From a virus (taxonomy: Duplodnaviria > Caudoviricetes), in the IMG/VR virus record IMGVR_UViG_3300046786_000304, positions 96,001 through 160,000 of that record: a DNA stretch of 64,000 nt; one strand, given 5' to 3'. The notes beneath the pieces are model-generated. The model made no database searches, was not told the origin of the DNA, and was given only the letters and a program-made list of their open reading frames with translations. The translations under genes and the position numbers were made by a program. Each line of letters begins with the position of its first letter. Position 1 is the stretch's first letter. Below are positions 26,191 to 36,605 of the stretch, piece by piece.

Positions 26191-27039
26191 ATGTCTAAAC
26201 ATACATTAGAACAAGTTTTAGAAGCCCTTATTAACAAAGAAGATGATCGTGCAAGCGACTTGCTACATCAGTACTTTGTTCAAAAAGGCAAATCAATTTA
26301 TGAAGAGCTAAGTCAATTCGACGAAGCTGCTGAACAAGAATTAGAAGAAGAACTCGAAGAAGACTTAGAAGAAGGCTTTGGTGATTCTGCTAGCCGTGAT
26401 TTCGAAGATGAAGTTATTGCTAACGAAGAAGATCTAGAAGACGAAAGTTTATTCGGCGAAGCTGAAGGTGATGAAGATCCAATGGCAGCAACTAACGAAC
26501 CTACAGACGACGAAGCGACAGCTGACTTGGCTATGGGCGATGCTGAAGGTAATGAAGGTGCCCCAGATGATGCAGAAGATGCAGCCAAAAAGATTGATGT
26601 TGCTTCAGACGCATTAGAAGATTTAAGAGCGTTTTTTGCTGAACTAAGCGGTGATGCTCCTGTAGGCGGCGATGAGCCAGCTATGGACGACATCGGTACT
26701 GAACCTGCTCCAGGTGGTGATGAGCCAACTGAAGAAGGTTATCGCGCTTTCGGCGAAGCAACAACTTTAAAAGCTGTTAGCAAGCCAACTCCAGGCGACA
26801 ACGGTGCTAACACAAAGAGCCCAACAGCAACTGGTAAGCGTATCGACAGCAATGGTGCTAAAGCAGTTAACTTCACAGGCGAAGCTGGTTCAGGTCAATC
26901 TACTCCAAGTAGTAAGACTGATGACATGGGCAACGTAAACAAAGTTGGCAATGCTAAGGCTCCAGCACAGAAAAGCGTAAGCGTTCCTAAGAACAGTGAT
27001 GCCGCTAGCAACAAGACTAGCCCAGTAGCAAAGAGTTAA
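26191..27039 (+). CDS. Acidic prohead core/internal head protein
   Basis: Extremely D/E-rich; sits between portal and protease like T4 gp67/68. Start at ATG 26191 behind AAGGAG. Confidence 0.7.
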   Translation: MSKHTLEQVLEALINKEDDRASDLLHQYFVQKGKSIYEELSQFDEAAEQELEEELEEDLEEGFGDSASRDFEDEVIANEEDLEDESLFGEAEGDEDPMAATNEPTDDEATADLAMGDAEGNEGAPDDAEDAAKKIDVASDALEDLRAFFAELSGDAPVGGDEPAMDDIGTEPAPGGDEPTEEGYRAFGEATTLKAVSKPTPGDNGANTKSPTATGKRIDSNGAKAVNFTGEAGSGQSTPSSKTDDMGNVNKVGNAKAPAQKSVSVPKNSDAASNKTSPVAKS

Positions 27040-27043
27040 TCAA

Positions 27044-27682
27044 ATGGCATACTTACCATTAGTAGAATCTTTAACATACGATCAGGCGAAGATGAAAACT
27101 CACCTGGTAGAAAACGCCACTGGTGGCAAGGATCTCTACATGGAAGGCATTTTCCTTGAAGGCGGTGTACGCAATCACAATCAGCGTGTATACGAAGTCA
27201 GAGACATTGCCAAAGCATGTTCTGCCATTTCAGAAAAAATTAAAAACGGTTTCAGTGTGCTCGGCGAAGCTGATCACCCTGATGACTTACAAGTTAACTT
27301 AGACCGTGTTTCACACATGATTACTAATATGTACATGAATGAAAACACTGGTATAGGTAAATTAAAAATCCTACCAACACCAATGGGTAAAATCGTTGAA
27401 ACATTGTTAACAAGCGGTGTTAAGCTTGGTGTTTCAAGTAGGGGTTCAGGAAACGTCAATGAATCTGGTGGCGTTTCTGATTTTGAGATAGTCACGGTAG
27501 ACATCGTGGCCCAACCAAGTGCTCCAAACGCATATCCAAAAGCTATCTATGAACGTGTTATGCATGATCGTAGACGCGGCGCCCTATGGGACGTTGCGGC
27601 AGCTTCCAAGTATGACAATAAAGCACAAAAATACCTCAAGGAAGAGGTTCTCAGGTTCATCAATAACCTAAATAAAAATTAA
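27044..27682 (+). CDS. gp21: Prohead protease
   Basis: 'LGEADHP', 'GVSSRGSG', 'DIVAQPSAPNA' motifs. Confidence 0.95.
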   Translation: MAYLPLVESLTYDQAKMKTHLVENATGGKDLYMEGIFLEGGVRNHNQRVYEVRDIAKACSAISEKIKNGFSVLGEADHPDDLQVNLDRVSHMITNMYMNENTGIGKLKILPTPMGKIVETLLTSGVKLGVSSRGSGNVNESGGVSDFEIVTVDIVAQPSAPNAYPKAIYERVMHDRRRGALWDVAAASKYDNKAQKYLKEEVLRFINNLNKN

Positions 27683-27693
27683 GGGGAATAAAG

Positions 27694-28800
27694 ATGAGCG
27701 GAATTAAAGAACTATTTGGCACTGAGGTTTTATCTGAGGAAGTTCAAAGTCAACTACAAGAGGCGTGGGATAACCAAGCTAAAGTATTGCGTGAAGAAGT
27801 GGAAGCTAATTTACGTGAAGAATTTAGTCAACGTTATGAACACGACAAAGGACTTATTGTAGAGGCAGCGGACAAAATGATTTCCGAAGCTATTCGTAAA
27901 GAACTTGAAGAGTTAGCTATTGACAAGCGTGAACTTGTAGAAACGAAAGTTGCCTACAAGAAGCAAGTTAAAGAACATGCTAAACTTTTAAACAAGTTTG
28001 TTTTAGAAGCACTGGCTAAGGAAGTTAAAGAACTAAGAGAAGACCGCACTGCACAGAAAGCAAACTTCGAGAAACTTGAAGAATTTGCTCTTAAGAAACT
28101 AAGCAACGAACTACGTGAGTTGAAAGAAGACGAAGACAAATTAGTTAAGGCTCGTGTCGACCTAGTAACCGAAGGTCGCAAAGTAATCGCTGAAGCAAAA
28201 GCAAAGTTCATTAAAGAAGCAGCCGTTAAAGCTGAAAAACTTCTAGGTGAATCATTGCGTAATGAAATCACACAACTACGTGAAGACATTCAAGTAAGTC
28301 GTGAAAATGCATTTGGTCGTAAGATCATGGAAGCATTTGCTGGTGAATTTATGGCAAGTGGTTTTGCAGATGGCACACAAATTAAGAAGCTTGGTGACAA
28401 GTTGACAGTTTTAGAATCTAAATTAGCCGAAGCTACTCAAGTAGTTACAGCTAAAGATGCTGAAATTGCCAAAGCGCAATCCAAGATTCGCATTGCTGAA
28501 GATGCTGTAAAGCGTCAAAGCATTATGCAAGAGTTGGTAGCTCCGCTAGGTAAAGAAAAGCGTGAGATCATGGAAGATTTGTTAAAGACAACGAAGACTG
28601 AAAGTCTACGTGAATCATATAACAAGTACCTACCAGCTGTTTTAAATGAAACAGCGGCTAAGCCAACAGGCAAAGCTGTAATTTCCGAAAGCGCAACATC
28701 GCAGACGACTGCGGTTACAGGCAATAAAGCTTCTAGTGAAGACACTGCTCCGGCAGACATTATTTCACTAAGAAAATTAGCCGGTATTGGAAAAATCTAA
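27694..28800 (+). CDS. gp22: Prohead scaffold/core protein
   Basis: Long acidic coiled coil between gp21 and gp23. Confidence 0.85.
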   Translation: MSGIKELFGTEVLSEEVQSQLQEAWDNQAKVLREEVEANLREEFSQRYEHDKGLIVEAADKMISEAIRKELEELAIDKRELVETKVAYKKQVKEHAKLLNKFVLEALAKEVKELREDRTAQKANFEKLEEFALKKLSNELRELKEDEDKLVKARVDLVTEGRKVIAEAKAKFIKEAAVKAEKLLGESLRNEITQLREDIQVSRENAFGRKIMEAFAGEFMASGFADGTQIKKLGDKLTVLESKLAEATQVVTAKDAEIAKAQSKIRIAEDAVKRQSIMQELVAPLGKEKREIMEDLLKTTKTESLRESYNKYLPAVLNETAAKPTGKAVISESATSQTTAVTGNKASSEDTAPADIISLRKLAGIGKI

Positions 28801-28810
28801 GGAGACAATT

Positions 28811-29995
28811 ATGTCTGAAAAACTTTTCGAAGCCCAGAACTGGACTGCAACTAAAGACGTTCTACTAGAAGGCTTGAATGGCAACCGTAAGGCTGTTATG
28901 GAATCTGTGTTAGAAAACACAAAGAAAAACATTATGGAATCTGCTTCCGCAGGTGCCACACAGAGTGGTAACATCGCTGTTCTTAACAAGGTAATTTTGC
29001 CTGTTATCCGTCGTGTTATGCCTACTGTTATTGCTAACGAGATCATCGGTGTTCAACCAATGACTGGTCCAGTTGGTCAAATCCACACATTACGTGTACG
29101 TTATGCTGAAACTGCCGCTGGCGTTACAGCAGGTAGCGAGGCATTGAGCCCATTCAACATTGCTAAAGCATATTCCGGTAACGGCGATGCTGGTAATCCA
29201 GGTCCAGATGCAACAGCTACAATGGAAGGTGCTATTGGTAAGAAGTTAAGCATCCAGATCTTGAAACAGACTGTTGAAGCTAAAACTCGTAAAATGTCTG
29301 CTCGTTGGACATTCGAAGCTGCACAAGACGCACAAGCTATGCACGGTTTGGACGTTGAGGCAGAAATCATGGCTGCTTTGGCACAAGAAATTACTGCTGA
29401 AATCGACCAAGAGTTGCTAGGTAAACTACGTACTCTAAGCGGTGCTGCAGTTCACACATTTGACCAAGCCGCTTCTGGTGGTACAGCATTCACTGGCGCT
29501 CCAACATTCGTTGGTGACCAACACGCTGCCTTGGCCATCATGATCAATGATGTTGCTAACCGTATTGCTCAACGCACACGTCGTGGCGCAGGTAACTATG
29601 TTGTTGTTTCTCCAACAGCATTGACAATCCTACAAAGTGCTACAACTTCTGCATTCGCACGTACTACAGAAGGTACATTTGAAGCTCCAACAAACACAAA
29701 GTTTGCTGGTACATTGAACAGCTCAGTTCGTGTTTATGTTGACAGCTATGCTGACGCTACAACACCGATCTTGGTTGGTTACAAAGGTCCTAACGAGATG
29801 GATGCGGCTGCTTTCTATTGCCCATACATTCCATTGATGAGTTCTGGTGTTGTTCTAGACCCAGCAACTATGGAACCAGTAGTTTCTTTCATGACACGTT
29901 ATGGTTATGTTGAACTAACAAACACAGCGTCTTCTTTAGGTAACGCTGCCGACTACCTAGGCAAAATTGCTATGGGTGAAGCTAAGTTCTTCTAA
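28811..29995 (+). CDS. gp23: Major capsid protein
   Basis: 'LPVIRRVMPTVIANEIIGVQPMTGPVGQI', 'EAKTRKMSARWTFEAAQD', 'FYCPYIPL', 'FMTRYG'. Start at ATG 28811 behind AAGGAG. Confidence 0.98.
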   Translation: MSEKLFEAQNWTATKDVLLEGLNGNRKAVMESVLENTKKNIMESASAGATQSGNIAVLNKVILPVIRRVMPTVIANEIIGVQPMTGPVGQIHTLRVRYAETAAGVTAGSEALSPFNIAKAYSGNGDAGNPGPDATATMEGAIGKKLSIQILKQTVEAKTRKMSARWTFEAAQDAQAMHGLDVEAEIMAALAQEITAEIDQELLGKLRTLSGAAVHTFDQAASGGTAFTGAPTFVGDQHAALAIMINDVANRIAQRTRRGAGNYVVVSPTALTILQSATTSAFARTTEGTFEAPTNTKFAGTLNSSVRVYVDSYADATTPILVGYKGPNEMDAAAFYCPYIPLMSSGVVLDPATMEPVVSFMTRYGYVELTNTASSLGNAADYLGKIAMGEAKFF

Positions 29996-30019
29996 ATCGA
30001 AATTCGATTTACAACTTAC

Positions 30020-30044
30020 AAAAGGGCTCTTCGGAGCCCTTTTT
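30020..30044 (+). terminator. Intrinsic terminator after gp23
   Basis: AAAAGGGCTC-TTCG-GAGCCCTTTTT. Confidence 0.95.
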
Positions 30045-30048
30045 GTTC

Positions 30049-30056
30049 TATAAATA
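30049..30056 (+). promoter_or_regulatory. T4-type late promoter
   Basis: Exact TATAAATA just upstream of ATG 30062. Confidence 0.75.
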
Positions 30057-30061
30057 TTTGT

Positions 30062-30292
30062 ATGTTTAAAACAGTAAGCCAAGAAGTTAAATTAGAACGC
30101 ATGTCTATATGTAAACAATGCGAATCATTTCAAAGTAGTATGTCTACTTGTCGACAATGTGGGTGTTATATGCCTGCTAAAACAACATTTGCAGGTAGTG
30201 AATGCCCGGATAAAAAATGGACAACGGCACCTGCCGGTGAAAATCTAATAAATAAGATAGAGGAAATGATTCTCGAAAGCTGGAACAAATAA
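30062..30292 (+). CDS. Small Cys-rich protein
   Basis: CKQC...CRQCGC...CP..KW pattern (6 Cys). Confidence 0.7.
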   Translation: MFKTVSQEVKLERMSICKQCESFQSSMSTCRQCGCYMPAKTTFAGSECPDKKWTTAPAGENLINKIEEMILESWNK

Positions 30293-30690
30293 TGACAGAC
30301 ATATACACTAAGCTACATGGTACAACAGCAGATAAATTCAAAATAGGTTTAAAAAACCAACGTGTAACATTGTCTGGTACTACAACAAATACAGCAAGTA
30401 CAGAGTTATTGGATAGAGATGGATTGAAATACACAGCAGAATCTACTGTATTCTTTACAGCATATATTGTTGGCAAAGGCGCGAATGTAGCCGCATATGA
30501 AATAAAAGGTTGTTATTTACAAGGTACAACTACGATATCAGGTTATGTTACAAACACTTATGTTGATACTAATAGTTTTACGGAACCAACAATAAGTTTT
30601 AATTCAGATGGTGATATCACTGTAACATGTACAGGTGTAGGTACTGATACCATAGATTGGACAGCAGTTATTGACTTCGTTTCAATATAA
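30292..30690 (+). CDS. Putative virion protein
   Basis: Thr-rich beta-strand protein in a late operon. Confidence 0.6.
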   Translation: MTDIYTKLHGTTADKFKIGLKNQRVTLSGTTTNTASTELLDRDGLKYTAESTVFFTAYIVGKGANVAAYEIKGCYLQGTTTISGYVTNTYVDTNSFTEPTISFNSDGDITVTCTGVGTDTIDWTAVIDFVSI

Positions 30691-30699
30691 GAGAGTAAC

Positions 30700-31842
30700 A
30701 TGGCAATTAAAATAAATCACGCAACAGAAACATTAACACCAGAAAACGGTGTACTGGAAATTAACTCACAAGGTGCGTTGAAATTGCCTACAGGTGATAT
30801 AGCACAACGTCCTGAAGGAGCAGAAGGACAGCTACGTTATTCTACTGAATTATTCAATCCGGAATTTTTCGATGGTACAGATTGGAGACTATTAACCAAT
30901 AAAGACTATGTCGATAGTCAAATAAATCAGACAAGCAGTGATCTTACCAATACAATTGATAATTTACAGTTAAATGATTTAACAGATGTAACAGTTACTA
31001 GTCCAGTTACTGGGGAAGTATTAGTCTATGACACTACAATTGGACAGTTTAGAAGCCAAGTAAATTCAATAACACCTATAACAAGAAATTTTACCGGCGA
31101 CGGAACAACATTAGAATTTGACATTCAAACTAGTGTAAGCAATCCAAATTTATTAGTAGTATCTATCAACGGCATTACACAAGAACCATATTACAGTTAT
31201 ACTATTGTTGATGGAACAACTCTTACATTTGATGAAGCACCAGCACTAGCTGATAGAATTCAAGTAAGAATTTTAAGAGGTAATACTACCAGTGACAGAC
31301 CTAGACCTAAAGTAACTGATATATCTTATAGTACACTAGGACAATTCACAACGATTTCAGTTGTATGTTTGGATATAACATACGGCACAGGTGCCAAGAT
31401 TGGCGGCCAAGCAATAACTAGGATAGATTATCCCGGTGAAAATATTCTTCAACTTATGGTTGAAACAAGTCAGATTACAGGCTCCTTATGGAATACGCCT
31501 CAAGACTTAACATTAGTAGATACTAGTGGCAATGAGTACGTTTATAAAAATTTAATTAACTACGGCGCAAGCAAACCTCAATTCAAAGACAGCACATCAT
31601 ATATTGGGCGTTTTAGAGGTGGAGACAGCATTAATTTTCCTATAGCGGTAAATAATGCTACGTATATAACTATTCAGCCTGCTAATGCAGGTGAATCCGC
31701 GATTAGCTGGTTATCAGTAAGCGGAACAAGTATTGTAGGAACTGCTCCTAATAACAGCAATCCTAGTCGATACGAAATTACAATAGTAATTAGTGATGGT
31801 CTTGTTAATATAACAAAGAACTACTGGTTACTAGTCATATGA
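30700..31842 (+). CDS. Virion structural/fibre-associated protein
   Basis: 'GALKLPTGDIAQRP...GQLRY' module and 'FTGDGTT..F...V.ING..Q.P..SYT' module, the latter also at the C-terminus of the 1467-aa fibre. Confidence 0.7.
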   Translation: MAIKINHATETLTPENGVLEINSQGALKLPTGDIAQRPEGAEGQLRYSTELFNPEFFDGTDWRLLTNKDYVDSQINQTSSDLTNTIDNLQLNDLTDVTVTSPVTGEVLVYDTTIGQFRSQVNSITPITRNFTGDGTTLEFDIQTSVSNPNLLVVSINGITQEPYYSYTIVDGTTLTFDEAPALADRIQVRILRGNTTSDRPRPKVTDISYSTLGQFTTISVVCLDITYGTGAKIGGQAITRIDYPGENILQLMVETSQITGSLWNTPQDLTLVDTSGNEYVYKNLINYGASKPQFKDSTSYIGRFRGGDSINFPIAVNNATYITIQPANAGESAISWLSVSGTSIVGTAPNNSNPSRYEITIVISDGLVNITKNYWLLVI

Positions 31843-31895
31843 ACTTATTCTCTAGTTGGTGGCAACAAACTTAAACATGCCAAGGAGTTGATAAG

Positions 31896-32102
31896 ATGCC
31901 TTTAATAAAGTTGAAATCCAGTTCTATAACCGACAGCGTAAATCTACGTGGACAGCCAACTACATCGAGTCAATATTCCGAAATCGCTACTACCCGAATG
32001 GTAACACAGGAAATAAGCAACTTAGTTGATTCTGCTCCTGAATTACTTAACACATTAGGGGAATTAGCAAAGTCTCTAGGCACAGACGCTAATCAAGCCT
32101 AA
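31896..32102 (+). CDS. Small paralogue of the long-fibre N-terminus
   Basis: MPLIKLKSSSI...LRGQPT...LVDSAPELLNTLGELA aligns to the first ~73 aa of the next ORF. AAGGAG RBS. Confidence 0.7.
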   Translation: MPLIKLKSSSITDSVNLRGQPTTSSQYSEIATTRMVTQEISNLVDSAPELLNTLGELAKSLGTDANQA

Positions 32103-32140
32103 CAGAATTTCAATAGAAATTCTATTTTGAGGATAAAGAA

Positions 32141-35100
32141 ATGCCATTAATTAAAGCCCGGTCGAGTTCCATTATGGAAAACGTTGACCTACGTGGTCAA
32201 CCAACAGCAGAAACGGCGGCACAAACGGTTAATACAAATCAATTAGCCAGTACTGCTTACGTTAGAACAGCAGTTGCTGATTTAGTTGATTCCGCACCTG
32301 GTTTGCTAGATACATTGAATGAACTAGCAGCCGCATTAGGTGATGATGCTAACTTTGCAACCACAGTTGCAGATAACATTGCTACAAAAGTACCATTAGA
32401 TGGTAGTGTAGCAATGACAGGCGAATTGACATTGTCAGGTGATCCAATTACTAGCTTAGGCGCAGTAACAAAGAATTACGTTGATAATGCTATTAACGCA
32501 CAAATGATCTACAGTACAGATGATGTAGATGAAGGTACAACACACTTATACTACACAGATGCTCGCGTAAGAAGCGCAGTAAGTTTAGACAGCGATAACA
32601 CCGTTGTTTTGGACTATGACAGTACAAGCGGTCAATTTACATATCGTCATCCAACAAGTGACGGTGTATTAGAAGGTACTACAAACTTGTATTATACTGA
32701 TAGCCGTGTTCGCAATGCTATTAGTTTAACAAGTGATGATGGTCAAATTCTTTCATACAGTTCACAAACAGGTGCGTTTACATTTACAACACCTGATACA
32801 GACAAAATTGTTGAAGGTTCAACAAACCTATACTTTACAACAGCTCGCGCTCGTAACAGCGTAAGCGCAGGTTCAAATATTGACTATGACGCATCAACAG
32901 GTATTTTCAGTACACAATCTGCTGTTTGGAGCGTTAACAGTCAAACTAATGATGTAGTATTAGACACAGACGACGTTAATGAAGGTAGTACAAACTTATA
33001 CTTCACAAATGCTCGCGCTGCCGGCGCAGTTAGTTTAACTACAGATGACACGAACATTTTAAGTTACAATACAGGTACAGGACGTTTTACATTTGTAACA
33101 CCAAGCACAGACGCTATCAGCGAAGGTTCAGTAAACTTGTACTATACAGATGCTCGCGTTCGAGCGGCCGTTAGTGCCAGTGGTGACATTAGCTACAACA
33201 GCGGTACAGGTAATTTCAGTTATTCAACACCAACAACTGATGGTGTTAACGAAGGTTCAAATAACCTATACTTTACAGATACTCGTGCTCGCAATGCTGT
33301 TAGCTTGTCAAGTGACAACACAGATGTTTTAAGCTATGACAACACAACAGGTTTATTCACATTCTCATTAGGTTCTCAAACAACCGATGACGTACAAGAA
33401 GGCACAACAAACCTATATTACACAGATGCTCGCGCTCGTTTAGCCATCGATGTAGCAGGTTGGGCTAACCTAAGTTACAATGATTCTACTGGTGTAATTA
33501 CAATTAGCTCTCCTGATACAGATGATGTTACAGAAGGTTCTAATTTATATTACACAGATACTCGCGCCCGCAATGCAGTAAGTGCAATACAAACTAGCGG
33601 TGATGGCGACTTCGAGTATGATAACACAACAGGCGTATTCACTTACGTAGGTCCTGATGATGCTGATTATCGTCAAGCAGTAAGCGCATATCGCGACAGC
33701 GGTGATGGCGATTTGCAGTACGATAGCTCAACGGGTGTATTCACATACACAGGCCCAAGTGCTAGCGAGACTCGTGCTCACTTTACTGCAACTACAAGTG
33801 GTACTGGTCACGGCGATTTAACATACGATAGCACAACTGGTGCATTTACATTAACTAAAGTATCAGTAGCCGATGTTCGTGGTGATATCAGTGGCGATGG
33901 TGCCGCAGGTGTTGATTATAACAGTACATCTGGTGTTATTAGTTTAGCTAACGTTCCAAACAGTAGTTTAGCTAACAGCGATATTACTGTTAATAGCCAT
34001 TCCATCTCTTTAGGTGGTAGCTATACATTAGACACAGACGATATTGGCGAAGGTGCTACAAACAAGTATTGGACACAAACACGTTTTGATAACGCATTGG
34101 CTGCATCTGATACGGATGATTTAGCTGAAGGTTCTAATAATTTATATTACACACAAAGCCGTTTTGACAGCGCATTCGCTGCCAAAACAACAACAGACCT
34201 AACAGAAGGTACAAATGAATACTTTACTACAACTCGCGCTCGTAACAGCGTAAGTGGTGGTACAGGTGTTACATATACTGCTGGTACAGGTGTTATTGAA
34301 ATCGGCCAATCTGTTGGCACAACTGACAACGTTACATTCAACGATGTAACAGTTAGTGGTGACTTAACAGTTCAAGGTACATTAACATCTATTCAATCAA
34401 CAACAGTTGAAATCAATGATTTGAACTTGACATTGGCTAAAGGCAGCGCAAACGCTACTCAAGCTAACGGTGCTGGTTTGACAGTCGATGGTGCTGGCGC
34501 TACTATCACTTACGCAAGTGGTGATGACAGCTGGAACTTTAACAAAGACGTTAATATTACTGGTGGTTTAACACTAACACAAGACTTGTCTGCTCCAACA
34601 TTCACAGGTGACTTAACTGGTAACGTAACAGGCAATGTAACAGGTGATTTAACTGGTAACGTAACAGGTAACTTAACCGGTGACGTAACAAGCACAGGTA
34701 CAAGTTCATTCTCTACAGTAGATATCAACGGTGGTAACATTGATGGTACAGTTATTGGTGGTGTAACTCCTGCCGCAGTTACTGGTACAACAATTACTGC
34801 TAACACTGGATTCAGTGGTGATTTAACTGGCGACGTAACAGGCAATGTTACAGGCAATGTAACTGGTGATTTAACTGGTAATGTTACAGGTAATGTAACT
34901 GGTACAGTTAGCGATATTAGTAACCACGATACTGACGCATTATCAGAAGGTACAACAAACTTGTACTTTACAGATAGCCGCGCACGTGCCGCTTTAAGTG
35001 GTGGTAACACAGGCACAGGTCATGGTAGCCTAAGCTACAATAGCGGAACTGGCGCATTTACATTCACTAAAGTTACTTCAAGTGACATCCGCGGTGAACT

Positions 35101-36544
35101 AAGTGCTCAAAAGGTCAGTGGCGATGGTAACTTTAGTTACGATAGCACTAGCGGTGTATTCAGTTACACTGGTCCTAGCGCAGGTGATACTCGCGCTCAC
35201 TTCAGTGCTGACACATCAACAGGTGCTGCATATGACCAATCAACTGGTGTATTCAGCCTAGCTAATATTCCAAATGCAAGTTTGTCATATAGCGATATTA
35301 CTGTCAATGGTTATACTATTGCTTTAGGAGGCAGCCAAACTTTAGATACAGACGATATTGGTGAAGGTTCTACAAATGAGTACTTTACACAAACTCGTGC
35401 TCGTAATGCTATTAGTTTGACAACTAGCGATGTTAATACATTAAGCTATGATCCTGCGACTGGTGTATTTGACTTTGACTTATCCGGTATTGATACCGAT
35501 GAAGTTCAAGAAGGTACAACAAACTTATACTTTACACAAGCCCGTGCTCGTCAAAGTATCAGTTCAAGTGGTTGGAGTAATCTAAGTTATGATGATACTA
35601 CTGGTACTATCACAATTACAGCTCCAAGTACAGCAGATGTAACTGAAGATTCTGGTTACTTGTATTTCACTAACGCTCGTGCTCGTAGTGCTATCAGCTT
35701 AACAACTGATAATTCTAGCGCATTAAGCTATGACCAATCAACTGGTGTATTCAGCTTCACATTGAACTCTGTTGACACAGACGAAATTGTTGAAGGCAGT
35801 ACAAACCTATACTTTACAACAGCTCGCGCTCGCGCAAGTGTAAACAATGGTTCTAACATCAATTATGATAGTTCGACTGGTACTATTAGTACTGATGCTG
35901 CAGTTTGGAGTGTCAATGGTCAAACTCATGATGTAACCTTAACAACCGATGACGTTAATGAAGGTTCAACAAACTTGTACTTTACTGATGTTCGTGCTCA
36001 AAATGCTCTAACATTAGTAACTGATGATAGCAATATCTTAAGTTATGCTACAGGTACATTGACATTTGTAACACCAACAACTGATGCTATCGATGAAGGC
36101 GCAGTGAACTTGTACTACACTGACACTCGCGCAGATGATCGTATCGCTGCCGCAAGTATCCGTGATTTAAGCGATGTTAATAAGACAGAAGCGTTACAAG
36201 ACGGTTATACACTAGTTTGGTCTAGTTCTTTAGGCGAATTCGTTCCACAGAACGTTGCCGTTCAAGCTACTACATTGAACTTCACTGGTGACGGTACAAC
36301 AGACAGTTTCAGTACTGGTGTTGAAGTTACTAGTATCGATAACACTCAAGTGTATATCAACGGTTTGATTCAAGCACCTACATACTCTTACACAATTAGT
36401 ACAACTAGTAATGTAACAAGTATCGTGTTTGATACAGCACCAGAAGCCAACGATTATATCTTCGTTCGCGTAAGTTCTACTTCTAGCTTGACAGCTGGTG
36501 GTGTTCTAAACGAATCAAGTAACATCGACGGCGGTACATACTAA
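32141..36544 (+). CDS. Long tail fibre-like protein (1467 aa) with repeated modules
   Basis: About 18 'TD.(V/I).EG.TNLY(F/Y)T..R(A/V)R' repeats, G(N/D)(V/L)T runs, and an 'SAP..LDTL.ELAAALG.D.NFATT' fibre collar motif. Confidence 0.85.
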   Translation: MPLIKARSSSIMENVDLRGQPTAETAAQTVNTNQLASTAYVRTAVADLVDSAPGLLDTLNELAAALGDDANFATTVADNIATKVPLDGSVAMTGELTLSGDPITSLGAVTKNYVDNAINAQMIYSTDDVDEGTTHLYYTDARVRSAVSLDSDNTVVLDYDSTSGQFTYRHPTSDGVLEGTTNLYYTDSRVRNAISLTSDDGQILSYSSQTGAFTFTTPDTDKIVEGSTNLYFTTARARNSVSAGSNIDYDASTGIFSTQSAVWSVNSQTNDVVLDTDDVNEGSTNLYFTNARAAGAVSLTTDDTNILSYNTGTGRFTFVTPSTDAISEGSVNLYYTDARVRAAVSASGDISYNSGTGNFSYSTPTTDGVNEGSNNLYFTDTRARNAVSLSSDNTDVLSYDNTTGLFTFSLGSQTTDDVQEGTTNLYYTDARARLAIDVAGWANLSYNDSTGVITISSPDTDDVTEGSNLYYTDTRARNAVSAIQTSGDGDFEYDNTTGVFTYVGPDDADYRQAVSAYRDSGDGDLQYDSSTGVFTYTGPSASETRAHFTATTSGTGHGDLTYDSTTGAFTLTKVSVADVRGDISGDGAAGVDYNSTSGVISLANVPNSSLANSDITVNSHSISLGGSYTLDTDDIGEGATNKYWTQTRFDNALAASDTDDLAEGSNNLYYTQSRFDSAFAAKTTTDLTEGTNEYFTTTRARNSVSGGTGVTYTAGTGVIEIGQSVGTTDNVTFNDVTVSGDLTVQGTLTSIQSTTVEINDLNLTLAKGSANATQANGAGLTVDGAGATITYASGDDSWNFNKDVNITGGLTLTQDLSAPTFTGDLTGNVTGNVTGDLTGNVTGNLTGDVTSTGTSSFSTVDINGGNIDGTVIGGVTPAAVTGTTITANTGFSGDLTGDVTGNVTGNVTGDLTGNVTGNVTGTVSDISNHDTDALSEGTTNLYFTDSRARAALSGGNTGTGHGSLSYNSGTGAFTFTKVTSSDIRGELSAQKVSGDGNFSYDSTSGVFSYTGPSAGDTRAHFSADTSTGAAYDQSTGVFSLANIPNASLSYSDITVNGYTIALGGSQTLDTDDIGEGSTNEYFTQTRARNAISLTTSDVNTLSYDPATGVFDFDLSGIDTDEVQEGTTNLYFTQARARQSISSSGWSNLSYDDTTGTITITAPSTADVTEDSGYLYFTNARARSAISLTTDNSSALSYDQSTGVFSFTLNSVDTDEIVEGSTNLYFTTARARASVNNGSNINYDSSTGTISTDAAVWSVNGQTHDVTLTTDDVNEGSTNLYFTDVRAQNALTLVTDDSNILSYATGTLTFVTPTTDAIDEGAVNLYYTDTRADDRIAAASIRDLSDVNKTEALQDGYTLVWSSSLGEFVPQNVAVQATTLNFTGDGTTDSFSTGVEVTSIDNTQVYINGLIQAPTYSYTISTTSNVTSIVFDTAPEANDYIFVRVSSTSSLTAGGVLNESSNIDGGTY
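34604..34690 (+). repeat. 12-nt degenerate tandem repeat (TG[N/D][V/L])
   Basis: Encodes TGDLTGNVTGNVTGDLTGNVTGNLTGDVT. Confidence 0.9.
34814..34909 (+). repeat. Second 12-nt degenerate tandem repeat block
   Basis: Encodes SGDLTGDVTGNVTGNVTGDLTGNVTGNVTGTV. Confidence 0.9.
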
Positions 36545-36563
36545 TTAGAAATAACTAGTACAC

Positions 36564-36590
36564 AAAAAGGGCTCTTCGGAGCCCTTTTTT
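36564..36590 (+). terminator. Intrinsic terminator after long fibre
   Basis: AAAAAGGGCTC-TTCG-GAGCCCTTTTTT; same core as the gp23 terminator. Confidence 0.95.
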
Positions 36591-36605
36591 ATGATTGTAA
36601 AAAAG

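Noticed and set aside
34510-35016. Antisense ORF with PVTL/PVKS repeats
   Set aside because: It is simply the reverse frame of the TGNV/TGDL repeats.
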